A DNA stretch of 41,495 bases from an uncultured Gemmatimonadota bacterium. GTDB taxonomy: Bacteria > GCA-2686955. Position 1 is the stretch's first letter. Each line of letters starts with the position of its first letter. Below the pieces are notes generated by a model, which had not been told where the DNA came from, ran no database searches, and worked only from the letters and a program-made list of their open reading frames with translations. Below are positions 1 through 9,024 of the stretch, in pieces. Made by a program: the position numbers and the translations under genes. The stretch covers positions 1 to 41,495 of the forward strand of contig CAZBBK010000052.1 in assembly GCA_964490075.1 (NCBI GenBank). The letters are read 5' to 3'.

Positions 1-2
1 CG

Positions 3-1991
3 GAGATCGTGGTGGTGCCGGCCGCCATGATCATGAGCTGGCGCGACGGCTACGCGCAGCATGGCATCGAAGACATCGACAAAATCGCCTGGGCCAACGA
101 CCCGAGCCGACCGATGATCGTCGCCATGGCGCACGACGGCGACAACGCCTACGGTGGCGGCTACAGCTACTATCACGAAAGTGTACCGAACTTCTGCAAC
201 TCCGCGGCGGCGGCGGGCTACGAGCCCACCGTGGTGGCGGAGTACCTGGCCGACCACCCAGTCCCGGCAACCGATTTCGTGCACGTGGAGGACGGCGCCT
301 GGGTCAACGCCGACGGCGATTTCGGCGCGCCGCAGTTCTGGAATTGGAACTGGCCCCTGGTCGATGCCGGCGGCGGCGTCGACATCGAGAGCGGCTGGGC
401 GGTCGACGAGCGCAACTGGGCGGTGATCACGGCGGCCCAGAACCGCGTGGAGAGCGCCGAGCAGATCGCCGGCGGAGTGCGCATCGATGCAATCGTCGAT
501 CCGCATGCGATGGGCGCCACCGACGCCGAGCTGGCCTGGCATTTCTTCCTGCCGGCGCTGACCAGCGGCTACATGTACTACGGCTCATCGCTCGACATGG
601 AGGTCAAGCCGAGCATCGCCTGCAACGCGGCGGCGGAGGCGGCCGATCGGGTCATCGGCGACGGCTCGGGAGATGCCACCGCGCCGACCATCTGGGCACC
701 ACAGCGCCATCCCTGGAACCCCGGTGGCAACGGATTCGGCAGCCTCTACGGCTACCAGCTTACGCCCCAGAATCGCGACTTCCATGTCTGGACCTTCGTC
801 TACGACATCTCCGGCGTGAGCGAAGTGGAGCTGCTCTACCGGATCGACGGCGACGGCAGCAACCCCTTGACCGACGACGACAACGAGACTTTCGCCGGAG
901 GACCGGGCGTGGGCGCCTGGCGCGCGCAGCCGATGCTGCGGCGGAGCTTTCCAGCCGGCAATGTCTACAACGATCCGAATATCGACTTCTTCGTCATGCC
1001 CAGCTACATCGCCGACCAGTACACCGCCCATCTCAGCGACGCGGACATCGTCGCCGAGGGCGACGTTCTGGTCGACTACTTCGTACGCGCTTTCGACGAG
1101 CTGGGCTACGAAAAGCGTTCCGACATCTACCATGTGTACGTCGGAGACGGAGAAGGCTCAGGCGACGACGTTGTTTTCTGGGAGCCCGAGGATCCGCGGG
1201 CGGGCGAGCGAGTGTCGATCTACTACGACGCCGAACGCGGGACGTTGCCGCCGGGCAGCGATCCGGTCTTCATCCACATCGGGCATTCTGGGTGGCAGGA
1301 GATCATCGTCCCCGACCCGGAGATGGTCGCCGAGGGCGATTTCTGGCGCTACGACTACGACTCGCCGAACGACGCAGAGACGATCGACTTCGTGTTCAAC
1401 GATGGACTTGGCAACTGGGACAACAACTCAGGCCAGGACTGGCACATTCCCCTGGCCGATCCGACCGAGTCCCCCTATGAGATGGATGGCGCGGTCGATG
1501 CAAGGGCTCGTGCGATCGCCGCCAACGGCCCCGCCACGCTCTGGGCCGATTGGGACGACGGCTACCTCTATGTGGCGACCGAGGCGGCGGCGGCGGCCAG
1601 CGACCGTTTCGTCTTCGTGGCGGCGACACCCGGAGCCGAGCGCGGCGCTCCCTGGGCCAAGGCCGGACGAGTGGCGGATTGGGACGCGTTCCTGGCCGAC
1701 GAAGGAAGCAACGACTACGCCGGTTGGACCGGGGTCGGCGGCGGCGTGCGCGCGGGCGTGGGACCGGGCAGCGGACCGATCCTCGAAGGCTACGTGCACC
1801 TGGGCGACCTGCTGGACGGCGCCGGCGGGCGGATCTACCTGGTGATGGGGGAATGGGGAACCGACAATGGCGCGGCGCTGCTCTGGCAGGTGCCGGGCGA
1901 CGGAGCGCCCGAAGACGGGGACCTGTCGGCGTCGGAGTACCTGCGCCAGCACTTGCTGGTGGACCAATTCGAAGCTCCGGCGGCGCGCTGA
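3..1991 (+). CDS. GH119/GH57-like alpha-amylase-type glycoside hydrolase with CBM25/CBM53-like starch-binding module and C-terminal beta-rich domain (5' end outside window)
   Basis: Frame is open from position 3. AHDGDNAYGGGYSYY resembles the GH57/GH119 acid/base region. FWEPEDPRAGERVSIYY...FIHIGHSGW...IDFVFNDGLGNWDNNSGQDW is a typical starch-binding CBM signature. Confidence 0.7.
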   Translation, partial: EIVVVPAAMIMSWRDGYAQHGIEDIDKIAWANDPSRPMIVAMAHDGDNAYGGGYSYYHESVPNFCNSAAAAGYEPTVVAEYLADHPVPATDFVHVEDGAWVNADGDFGAPQFWNWNWPLVDAGGGVDIESGWAVDERNWAVITAAQNRVESAEQIAGGVRIDAIVDPHAMGATDAELAWHFFLPALTSGYMYYGSSLDMEVKPSIACNAAAEAADRVIGDGSGDATAPTIWAPQRHPWNPGGNGFGSLYGYQLTPQNRDFHVWTFVYDISGVSEVELLYRIDGDGSNPLTDDDNETFAGGPGVGAWRAQPMLRRSFPAGNVYNDPNIDFFVMPSYIADQYTAHLSDADIVAEGDVLVDYFVRAFDELGYEKRSDIYHVYVGDGEGSGDDVVFWEPEDPRAGERVSIYYDAERGTLPPGSDPVFIHIGHSGWQEIIVPDPEMVAEGDFWRYDYDSPNDAETIDFVFNDGLGNWDNNSGQDWHIPLADPTESPYEMDGAVDARARAIAANGPATLWADWDDGYLYVATEAAAAASDRFVFVAATPGAERGAPWAKAGRVADWDAFLADEGSNDYAGWTGVGGGVRAGVGPGSGPILEGYVHLGDLLDGAGGRIYLVMGEWGTDNGAALLWQVPGDGAPEDGDLSASEYLRQHLLVDQFEAPAAR

Positions 1992-1994
1992 GGA

Positions 1995-4088
1995 CTACGC
2001 CCGCAGCACCTCGATCAGACGCTCCGGATCGGTGATCGGCGGGGAGCAGGTGTGGTTGCGACAGATGTAGACCGTCGGCCGACCGCGGATCGCCTTCTTC
2101 CCTTCCAGAATCGGGATCGCGATCGCTTGCTGCGGGGTCGCGGCGCCGCGCGGCCTGCTACCGTTGTGCCAGGAGCCGGCGATGACGGCGTTGGGCAGGT
2201 AGCTGCCGTTGACCAGTCGGCGCAGGATCTCGGCGTCGGGGTTCTTGCGGTGGCCGACCACCGCGATCTCGGTCGGTTCCGCCAGGTGGAAGTCGAGCGC
2301 CGCCAGCATGGTGGCGAAGGCGGTGGGGCGCTCGCGAATTCGCGTCTCGTAACTGCGGATCACGCCGATCCCGAGCTGGTAGAGACGTTCATCGCCGGTC
2401 AGACGACCGACCCGTAGACTCGCCATCAGCGCCTGCGACGCACCGGAAGGCATGGCGGCATCTTGGCGCTCGCGGGTGCGCGCCACCAGGCGCTCGTGGT
2501 CGTAGGTGGTGAAGAAGAGTCCGCCCGTGGCGGAGTCGGCGAATCGTTCGTGAATCGTCGTCACCAGCGCGTGTGCCCAGGCCAACCAGCTCGGATCGAA
2601 TGTCGCCTCGTAGAGATCGACCAGCCCGTTGGCCAGGAAAGAATAGTCCTCCAGGAAGCCTTCCAGGCTCGCGACGCCGGCGCGATACACGCGGCTCAGC
2701 TTGGCGTTCTTGTAGAGCTGACCGCGGATCAGCTCGGCGGCGGAGATCGCCGCGGCGAGGTAGTCGGAACGATCGAAGACCCGGCCGCCGCGCGCCAGCG
2801 CACCGATCATCAGACCGTTCCATGCCACGATGATCTTGTCGTCACGAGCGGGCGGCGTGCGGCGGGTGCGCACTTCGAAGAGCTTCGCCCGACCGGCCGA
2901 CAACACTTCGTCGAGCTCCGAGCGGCTCAGACCGGCCTGCAGCGCGGCGTCGTGGCACGAGCGGGCGACGTGCAGAACACTCTTCCCGTCCTTGAAATTG
3001 CCGGCCTCGGTGACGCCGTAGCAATCGGCGAAGATCGATCCGTCTCTTTCCCCCAGGATGCCCTGGACCTCGTCGTGGGCCCACAAGTAGTGCACACCCT
3101 CCACGCCGTCGACCTCGGCGTGGATGGTCGAGCAGAAGCCCCGCGCTTCGTTCACCATGTCGCGCAGCACGAAATCGATGCAGGAGCAGGCGACTCGCCG
3201 AAAGCGGTCTTCGCCCGTCACCAGGTACGCTTCGGTGTAGACGCGGGTCAGAAGCGCGTTGTCGTAGAGCATCTTCTCGAAGCGCGGGACCAACCATCGC
3301 ACATCGGTTGCGTAGCGATGGAAGCCACCGCCGAGCTGATCGTGAATCCCCCCCCGAGCCATGCAGTCCAGGGTGTGCACCACGACCTTCAGCAAGGCCT
3401 CGTCGCGGGTGCGCCGGTAGGAACGCAGGGCGATCGATAGATGCTGCGGCGGCGGAAACTTCGGCGCCCCGCCGAATCCGCCGTGACTCTGGTCGTGTCC
3501 GCGCACCACCTTGTCCATGTAGTCGTCGATCACTTCGTAACCGACCAGCTCCCCGGCGCAGCCGAAGCTCTGCACGTCGCGCACCCGCTGGGAAACCCCG
3601 GCCGCCTTGGCCTCCACCTTGTCGCGGTTGTCCGTGAACTGATCGGCCATGGTCTCCAGCACCCGCGCGAAGCCCGGCTGGTCCTTGCGATCGGAGGGCG
3701 GGAAGTAGTTGCCGGCGTAGTAGGGCTCCAACTCGGGTGTGAGCCAGACGTTCAACGGCCATCCCCCGCTCCCGGGCCGCAGAATCTCGAGCGCGGCCTG
3801 GTAGACCTGGTCGATGTCGGGGCGCTCCTCGCGATCGACCTTCACGCAGATATAGCGGGAGTTCAGCAGCCGCGCGATCTCCTCGTCATGGAAGCATCCG
3901 CGGTCCATCACCTGGCACCAGTGGCAAGCCGAGTAGCCGACCGAGAGCAGGATCGGTCGATTCTGCCGCTGCGCGAGCTCGATCGCCTCTTTGCCCCAGG
4001 GATGCCAGTCCACGGGGTTGTTGGCGAGCTGCTCGAGGTAGGGCGAGGTCTCGTTGATCAGGCGATTCGAGGGTCGTGATTCTCTCAC
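1995..4088 (-). CDS. Thioredoxin-domain protein of the YyaL/SSP411 (SPATA20) family with (alpha/alpha)6 barrel
   Basis: NRLINETSPYL...NPVDWHPWG, CHWC, KVDREERPDID, GGWPL, GGFGGAPKFP, FEKMLYDNA, DDKIIVAWNGLMI. Start reassigned to GTG at 4088, preceded by GGAG; 697 aa. Confidence 0.92.
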   Translation of the reverse strand: MRESRPSNRLINETSPYLEQLANNPVDWHPWGKEAIELAQRQNRPILLSVGYSACHWCQVMDRGCFHDEEIARLLNSRYICVKVDREERPDIDQVYQAALEILRPGSGGWPLNVWLTPELEPYYAGNYFPPSDRKDQPGFARVLETMADQFTDNRDKVEAKAAGVSQRVRDVQSFGCAGELVGYEVIDDYMDKVVRGHDQSHGGFGGAPKFPPPQHLSIALRSYRRTRDEALLKVVVHTLDCMARGGIHDQLGGGFHRYATDVRWLVPRFEKMLYDNALLTRVYTEAYLVTGEDRFRRVACSCIDFVLRDMVNEARGFCSTIHAEVDGVEGVHYLWAHDEVQGILGERDGSIFADCYGVTEAGNFKDGKSVLHVARSCHDAALQAGLSRSELDEVLSAGRAKLFEVRTRRTPPARDDKIIVAWNGLMIGALARGGRVFDRSDYLAAAISAAELIRGQLYKNAKLSRVYRAGVASLEGFLEDYSFLANGLVDLYEATFDPSWLAWAHALVTTIHERFADSATGGLFFTTYDHERLVARTRERQDAAMPSGASQALMASLRVGRLTGDERLYQLGIGVIRSYETRIRERPTAFATMLAALDFHLAEPTEIAVVGHRKNPDAEILRRLVNGSYLPNAVIAGSWHNGSRPRGAATPQQAIAIPILEGKKAIRGRPTVYICRNHTCSPPITDPERLIEVLRA

Positions 4089-4294
4089 GCGTGCTCCAGG
4101 TCGGCCTGCGCACCAGGCGCGGGCGGTGGACCGATTCCGGCCCACGAGGCGGGCGGCTACCCTATCATGCGGGCTTTGACAACCCAAATTCTAACCGCCC
4201 TCTCGACTCCGGCACCCGCTTCCGACGGCGCGCCGAGTCGCGGCCAGCCCCGGCAGGGAGCCCGTGGCGCACGAGCTTCCGGCATGGACCTCCG

Positions 4295-5233
4295 ATGCCT
4301 CCCGATCCCGATCCCCTCGAAGATCTCGACGCTCTCTTCCCTCCGGTGCCCCCGGAAGGGCCGACCATGCCCGGCTGGTATCGCGCGCCGAAGGGCCGCA
4401 GCCGTGCCCAGCGCGCGACGCTGCTGGTCGAGGTCGAGATCGCCGCCGAGGGTGAGGGGCTGCGAGCGGCCTCCGAGCTGCGGCAGGCTGGATTCGGCCA
4501 CTGCCACTTGAGAACCGACCTGGAGCACATCGATCCCGGCGGCATGGGGGCCGAGATCGAGCGTCTGCGCTCAGAGGGCGTGTGGGCGCGGGCGCTCTCG
4601 GTGGCTCCCAACGCGCTGGACGCCGGGGCGGTCCGGGGCGGAGCGATCGCCGAGCCCGAGCTGCTCGAGCTGCTGGCGGTCCTGGGGGACTTGGAGGCTC
4701 CGGCGCGACCGCTGGTGGTGGTTCCTTCGGGTTGGGGTCCCGGCGGGGAGCGCCGGGGGACTTGCATTCAGCCGCGCGAGCGTGGCGAGGCGCAGCGCGC
4801 TCTGGTGCGCTGGAGTCGAGCCGCCGCGCGCGGCGGGGTGGGACTGGCGATCGAGCCGGACGCCGCTCAAGTGCTGCACAGCGTGCGGGCCGCGGAGCGC
4901 TTCATCGAAGCCCACGGGGGACGCAACACCGGCCTTGCGCTTGCCCCGCGGCGGCTGCTCGCCGGAGAGCAGGAGCTGGCCCCCGGACTGCTGGCGATGC
5001 TGCTGCGCCTGGCGCCGTGGAGCCGGCTGCTCTATGTCGAAGGGGGCGCCGCATGGCCGGACGCCGCGGGCGCTCCGGAAATCGACGCGCGGCTCCTGGC
5101 CCGGAGCCTGCGCGCCGCCGGCGTGCCGCCGCTGCTCACGCTGCGGGGCCTGGCCGCCCGCGACTGGTCGGCGGCCAGAGACGAGGTGCTCGAAGGGTTC
5201 GGGTCGTTGGGACTCCCGCTCGACGGAGGATGA
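4295..5233 (+). CDS. Hypothetical protein, probable degenerate sugar-phosphate isomerase/AP-endonuclease-2-type TIM barrel
   Basis: AARGGVGLAIEP...VLHSVRAAERFIEAHGGRNTGLAL matches the xylose-isomerase-like barrel pattern but lacks the usual D/H metal ligands. Start (ATG 4295) uncertain. Confidence 0.5.
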   Translation: MPPDPDPLEDLDALFPPVPPEGPTMPGWYRAPKGRSRAQRATLLVEVEIAAEGEGLRAASELRQAGFGHCHLRTDLEHIDPGGMGAEIERLRSEGVWARALSVAPNALDAGAVRGGAIAEPELLELLAVLGDLEAPARPLVVVPSGWGPGGERRGTCIQPRERGEAQRALVRWSRAAARGGVGLAIEPDAAQVLHSVRAAERFIEAHGGRNTGLALAPRRLLAGEQELAPGLLAMLLRLAPWSRLLYVEGGAAWPDAAGAPEIDARLLARSLRAAGVPPLLTLRGLAARDWSAARDEVLEGFGSLGLPLDGG

Positions 5234-5270
5234 GCGGACCAGATCGGGAACGAGAAGCCGCGAGGTGCAG

Positions 5271-8200
5271 GTGCAGGACTTCCGGGGAACGACCCGCTTT
5301 CGAATCGTGCGACGGCTCGGCGCGGGCGGCATGGGCGAGGTCTACGAGGCGCACGACCGGCAGCGCGACCTGCGCGTGGCCCTGAAGACGATCCGCCAGG
5401 TCACCGCGGCGTCGCTCTTGCGCTTCAAAAGCGAGTTCCGGGCCATCCACGAGCTGGAGCATCCGAACCTGGTCCGTCTGGGTGAGCTGCTGGAAGAGGA
5501 GGGAAGCTGGTTCTTCACGATGGAGCTGGTCGACGGGGTCGACCTCTTGCGCTACGTCGGAGACACCGCCCCCCGAGACCTGCCGGAATCGACGATCTCG
5601 GGCAGAACGACCGAGATCGCCGATCGACCGGGCCCCGGAGCGCGCTTCGACGATCCGCCCGAGGGACCGCACCAGATTCCCGCCGCGCCGATCGCGCCGC
5701 CCTTCGACGAGCGCAAGCTTCGTTCCGCCATGGCCCAGCTGGCCCGCGGAGTCCACACCCTGCACGAGGCCGGCAAGCTGCACCGCGACATCAAGCCCTC
5801 GAACATCCTGGTGACGCGCGGGGAGCGTCTGGTGCTGCTCGACTTCGGCCTGGTGTCCGGCGCAGGAGCCGACCTCGATCTGACCGCGGCGCAGGCGATC
5901 GGAACCGCGGCCTACATGGCGCCGGAGCAGGCGGAAGCGCGGGAGCTCACTCCGGCGACCGATTGGTACAGCGTCGGCGTAGTGCTCTACGAGGCGCTGA
6001 CCGGCCGCCTTCCCTTCAGTGGTCCCGCCACCACGGCACTGCTGGAGAAGCGGGAGCGGCCGCCGATCGCGCCCAGCTCGATCGTCGCGGACCTTCCGCG
6101 CGATCTGGACGAGCTCTGCACGGCGCTCCTGCACCCCGACTGGAGGGCACGACCGAGGGCCGAGGAGATCCTGCGCCGCCTCGATGTCGCTGCCCCGGCG
6201 CTCCCTTCCGTCGAATCCAGCCCGCAGACATCCCAGCAACCGCCCTTCATCGGCCGCGACCGAGAGTTGGAGCTGCTGCGCGACGCCCACGCCGAGAGCG
6301 GCCGCGGCGCGGCATCGATCGTCTTCGTGGAGGGGGAGTCGGGAATCGGCAAGACCGAGCTGGTGCGGCGCTTCGTCCGGAAGCTCTCCGAGCGGCACCC
6401 CGAGGTGGTGGTGTTGGAGGGCCGTTGCTACGAGCGGGAGTCGGTGCCGTACAAGGCCCTGGACGGCACCATCGACGCCCTGAGCCGCTATCTCAGCCGA
6501 CTGCCCCGCGAGAGCGCCGCGGCGCTGATGCCGGTGCGGGCCAATCTGCTGCACCGCCTTTTCCCGGTGCTCTACCGGGTGCCCGCGATCGCCCAGGCTC
6601 CGCTGATGGACACCGAACGCCTCGATCCCCAGGAGGTTCGGCGGCGCATGTTCGAGGCCTTGCGCGATCTCTTCATCGGGCTCTTGATGCGCAACCCGCT
6701 GGTGCTGGTGATCGACGACTTTCACTGGGCCGATGCCGACAGTTTGACCTTGCTGCGCGAGATCCTCTGCCCGCCCGACGCCCCGGAGCTCTTCTTGCTG
6801 GCGACCATCCGCAGCGACGCCGTGGGGCAGGACTGGAGCGAGAGCATCGTTGCGCCGGGCGTCCACACTCGACGCCTACAGCTCGGCGCGCTTTCCCGCG
6901 ACAGCGCCGAGGACCTCATAAGAATCCTGTCGCCAGCGCTCTCCGCGGCTCAAGCGTCGCTGGTCGTCGACGAGTCTCGAGGCCATCCGCTCTTCATCCA
7001 GGAGATCCTGCGCCACGTGGCCAAGCACGGGGGTGAGGCCGAGAGCCTCAATCTCGACGAGGCCCTGCGCTTGAGAGTCGGTCGCCTGCCCTCCTCCGGC
7101 CGGCGTCTGGTCGAGCTGCTCGCGGTGGCGGCGACACCTCTGTCACAGGAGGTGGCGCGCATCGCCTCGGGGCAGCTGCCGGCGGAGTTCGAGAATACTG
7201 TCTCGACCGTGCGCACCTTGCACCTGGCCAAGACCTCGAAATCGGCCTCCGGCGACACCATCGAGATCTACCACGACCGGGTGCGCGAGTCGATCCTCGG
7301 CCGCCTCGGGGATTCGAATCGCCGGATGCGCCATGCCGCCATCGCCTCGGCCCTGGAGCAGACTCAAATCGGCAGCGCCGATCCGCACGCAATCTTGCGC
7401 CACCTGGTGGCCGCGGGCCGCCAAGAGCATGCCGCCGCCTGCGCCGAAAGCGCTGCCCAGCTGGCAGTCGACGCCATGGCCTTCGACCAGGCCGCCGAGC
7501 TCTACTCCACCGCCCTGCGTCTCGGCGATCCCTCCCCCGAGCAGGGGCGCGCCCTGCGCATCAAGCTCGGCCGAGCCCTCGCCAACGCCGGCCGCGGGCC
7601 GGAAGCCGGCGACGCCTTTCTGGAGGCCGCCCGCGGCGCCCCGGCGGAGGCGCGCCTCGACTGCCAGCGCCTGGCCGGCGAGCAGTACCTGCTCTCGGGC
7701 CACGTCGAACGCGGGCTCGACGCGCTCCAGACGGTGCTCGCCGAAGTCGGCCAGGGGCTCGCGCCGACGCCGACTCGGGCGCTGATCGCCGCAGCCACCA
7801 CGCGCGCGCTGCTGCGGTTGCGCGGCCTGGGCTGGAGGGAGGTTCCCGAGAGCGCCATTGCGCCGCGCACGCTGCTGCGCCTCGACGTCTACACCATCGT
7901 CGCGACCGGTCTGGGAACCATGGATCACATCCGCGGTCTGGACCACCAGGGCCGCTGCCTGCTGCTGGCTCTGAAGACCGGGGAACGTACCCGCGTCGCT
8001 CGCGCACTGCTGCGCGAGGCCATGTACGCCTCCTCGGGCGGCCGCACGGGTCGCGAGCGGGCGCGCAAGCTGATCGCCAGGGGCCGGGTGATCGCCGAAG
8101 CCGACGACGATCCTTCCCTGCACGCCTGGGTCAGCATCGCCGAGGGTTTCTTCTGCTATTTCGCCGGCCGTTTCGGCGCCGCCACCCAGCACCTCAGCGC

Positions 8201-9020
8201 GGCCGCGACACAGTTTCGTGATCACTGCACCGGGGCCGCGTTCGAGCTCAGCTCGGCGCGGCTATTCTTGCTCTTCGCGCTGCGCCACGAAGGCGCCTTC
8301 GCCCGCCTGCGCGCGCTCTTCGACGAATACCTGCGCGACGCTCTGCGCCGCGGCGACCGCTACACCGAGACCATGATGAAGGTGGCCACCAACTGCATGT
8401 GGCTGCTCGCCGATGACTGCCGCGGCCTGCGTCATGAGCTCGAGAACTTGCAGTGGATGCGCCGTGAAGAGGCCTTCCACGTACAGCATTTCTACGAGCT
8501 GCGGGCGCGCGGCGAGCTGGCCCTCTACCAAGGCTCCGCCGGCCAGGCGCTGCACGACCTGCAAGACACCTTCGACGGACTTGCCCGCTCTTTCCTGCGC
8601 CGCGTCCAGATGATCCGCACCGAGTCACGCCAGACCCGCGCCCGGTTGCTGGTGGCGGCGGCCGGGGTCGGGGACACCGAGCGCGGCTCCGCCCTGGCCG
8701 AGGCGTCGCGCCTCTGTCGCACCCTCGACAGAGAGAAGATCGGCTACGCCCGCGTCAACAGCTGCCTGGTCAAGGCCGCCGTCGCCCATCAGAGCGACCG
8801 ACCCGAGCTGGCGGGGGAGCTGCTGAACGATGCCTCCCGCCAGGCCGAAGACCACGAGATGAGCTTCCACCGGGCCGCCGCCCGTCACCGCCTCGGAGAG
8901 CTGCTCGGGGGCAGCCAAGGTGCCGCCCTGCTCGACGAGTCGCGGGCCTGGCTGGCGGCGGAAGGCGTCGCCAACGCCGAGCGCATGCTGGAGGTCGTGG
9001 CGCCGGGATTTGGAGAGTAG
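5271..9020 (+). CDS. Serine/threonine protein kinase fused to AAA/STAND ATPase and helical (TPR-like) C-terminus
   Basis: LGAGGMGEVY, VALK, HRDIKPSN, DFG, YMAPE; Walker A GESGIGKT; Walker B LVIDDFHWAD; GHPLFI. Start GTG 5271 (or 5265) after GAGG; about 1249 aa. Confidence 0.92.
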   Translation: MQDFRGTTRFRIVRRLGAGGMGEVYEAHDRQRDLRVALKTIRQVTAASLLRFKSEFRAIHELEHPNLVRLGELLEEEGSWFFTMELVDGVDLLRYVGDTAPRDLPESTISGRTTEIADRPGPGARFDDPPEGPHQIPAAPIAPPFDERKLRSAMAQLARGVHTLHEAGKLHRDIKPSNILVTRGERLVLLDFGLVSGAGADLDLTAAQAIGTAAYMAPEQAEARELTPATDWYSVGVVLYEALTGRLPFSGPATTALLEKRERPPIAPSSIVADLPRDLDELCTALLHPDWRARPRAEEILRRLDVAAPALPSVESSPQTSQQPPFIGRDRELELLRDAHAESGRGAASIVFVEGESGIGKTELVRRFVRKLSERHPEVVVLEGRCYERESVPYKALDGTIDALSRYLSRLPRESAAALMPVRANLLHRLFPVLYRVPAIAQAPLMDTERLDPQEVRRRMFEALRDLFIGLLMRNPLVLVIDDFHWADADSLTLLREILCPPDAPELFLLATIRSDAVGQDWSESIVAPGVHTRRLQLGALSRDSAEDLIRILSPALSAAQASLVVDESRGHPLFIQEILRHVAKHGGEAESLNLDEALRLRVGRLPSSGRRLVELLAVAATPLSQEVARIASGQLPAEFENTVSTVRTLHLAKTSKSASGDTIEIYHDRVRESILGRLGDSNRRMRHAAIASALEQTQIGSADPHAILRHLVAAGRQEHAAACAESAAQLAVDAMAFDQAAELYSTALRLGDPSPEQGRALRIKLGRALANAGRGPEAGDAFLEAARGAPAEARLDCQRLAGEQYLLSGHVERGLDALQTVLAEVGQGLAPTPTRALIAAATTRALLRLRGLGWREVPESAIAPRTLLRLDVYTIVATGLGTMDHIRGLDHQGRCLLLALKTGERTRVARALLREAMYASSGGRTGRERARKLIARGRVIAEADDDPSLHAWVSIAEGFFCYFAGRFGAATQHLSAAATQFRDHCTGAAFELSSARLFLLFALRHEGAFARLRALFDEYLRDALRRGDRYTETMMKVATNCMWLLADDCRGLRHELENLQWMRREEAFHVQHFYELRARGELALYQGSAGQALHDLQDTFDGLARSFLRRVQMIRTESRQTRARLLVAAAGVGDTERGSALAEASRLCRTLDREKIGYARVNSCLVKAAVAHQSDRPELAGELLNDASRQAEDHEMSFHRAAARHRLGELLGGSQGAALLDESRAWLAAEGVANAERMLEVVAPGFGE

Positions 9021-9024
9021 GGGT

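Noticed and set aside
4782-5270. N-terminal extensions in the ORF track (kinase from 4782, Hsp70 from 28885, activase from 15768, co-polymerase from 34774)
   Set aside because: They overlap better-supported upstream genes and are low-complexity Arg/Pro/Gly text; internal starts with RBS or stop-start overlaps fit better.
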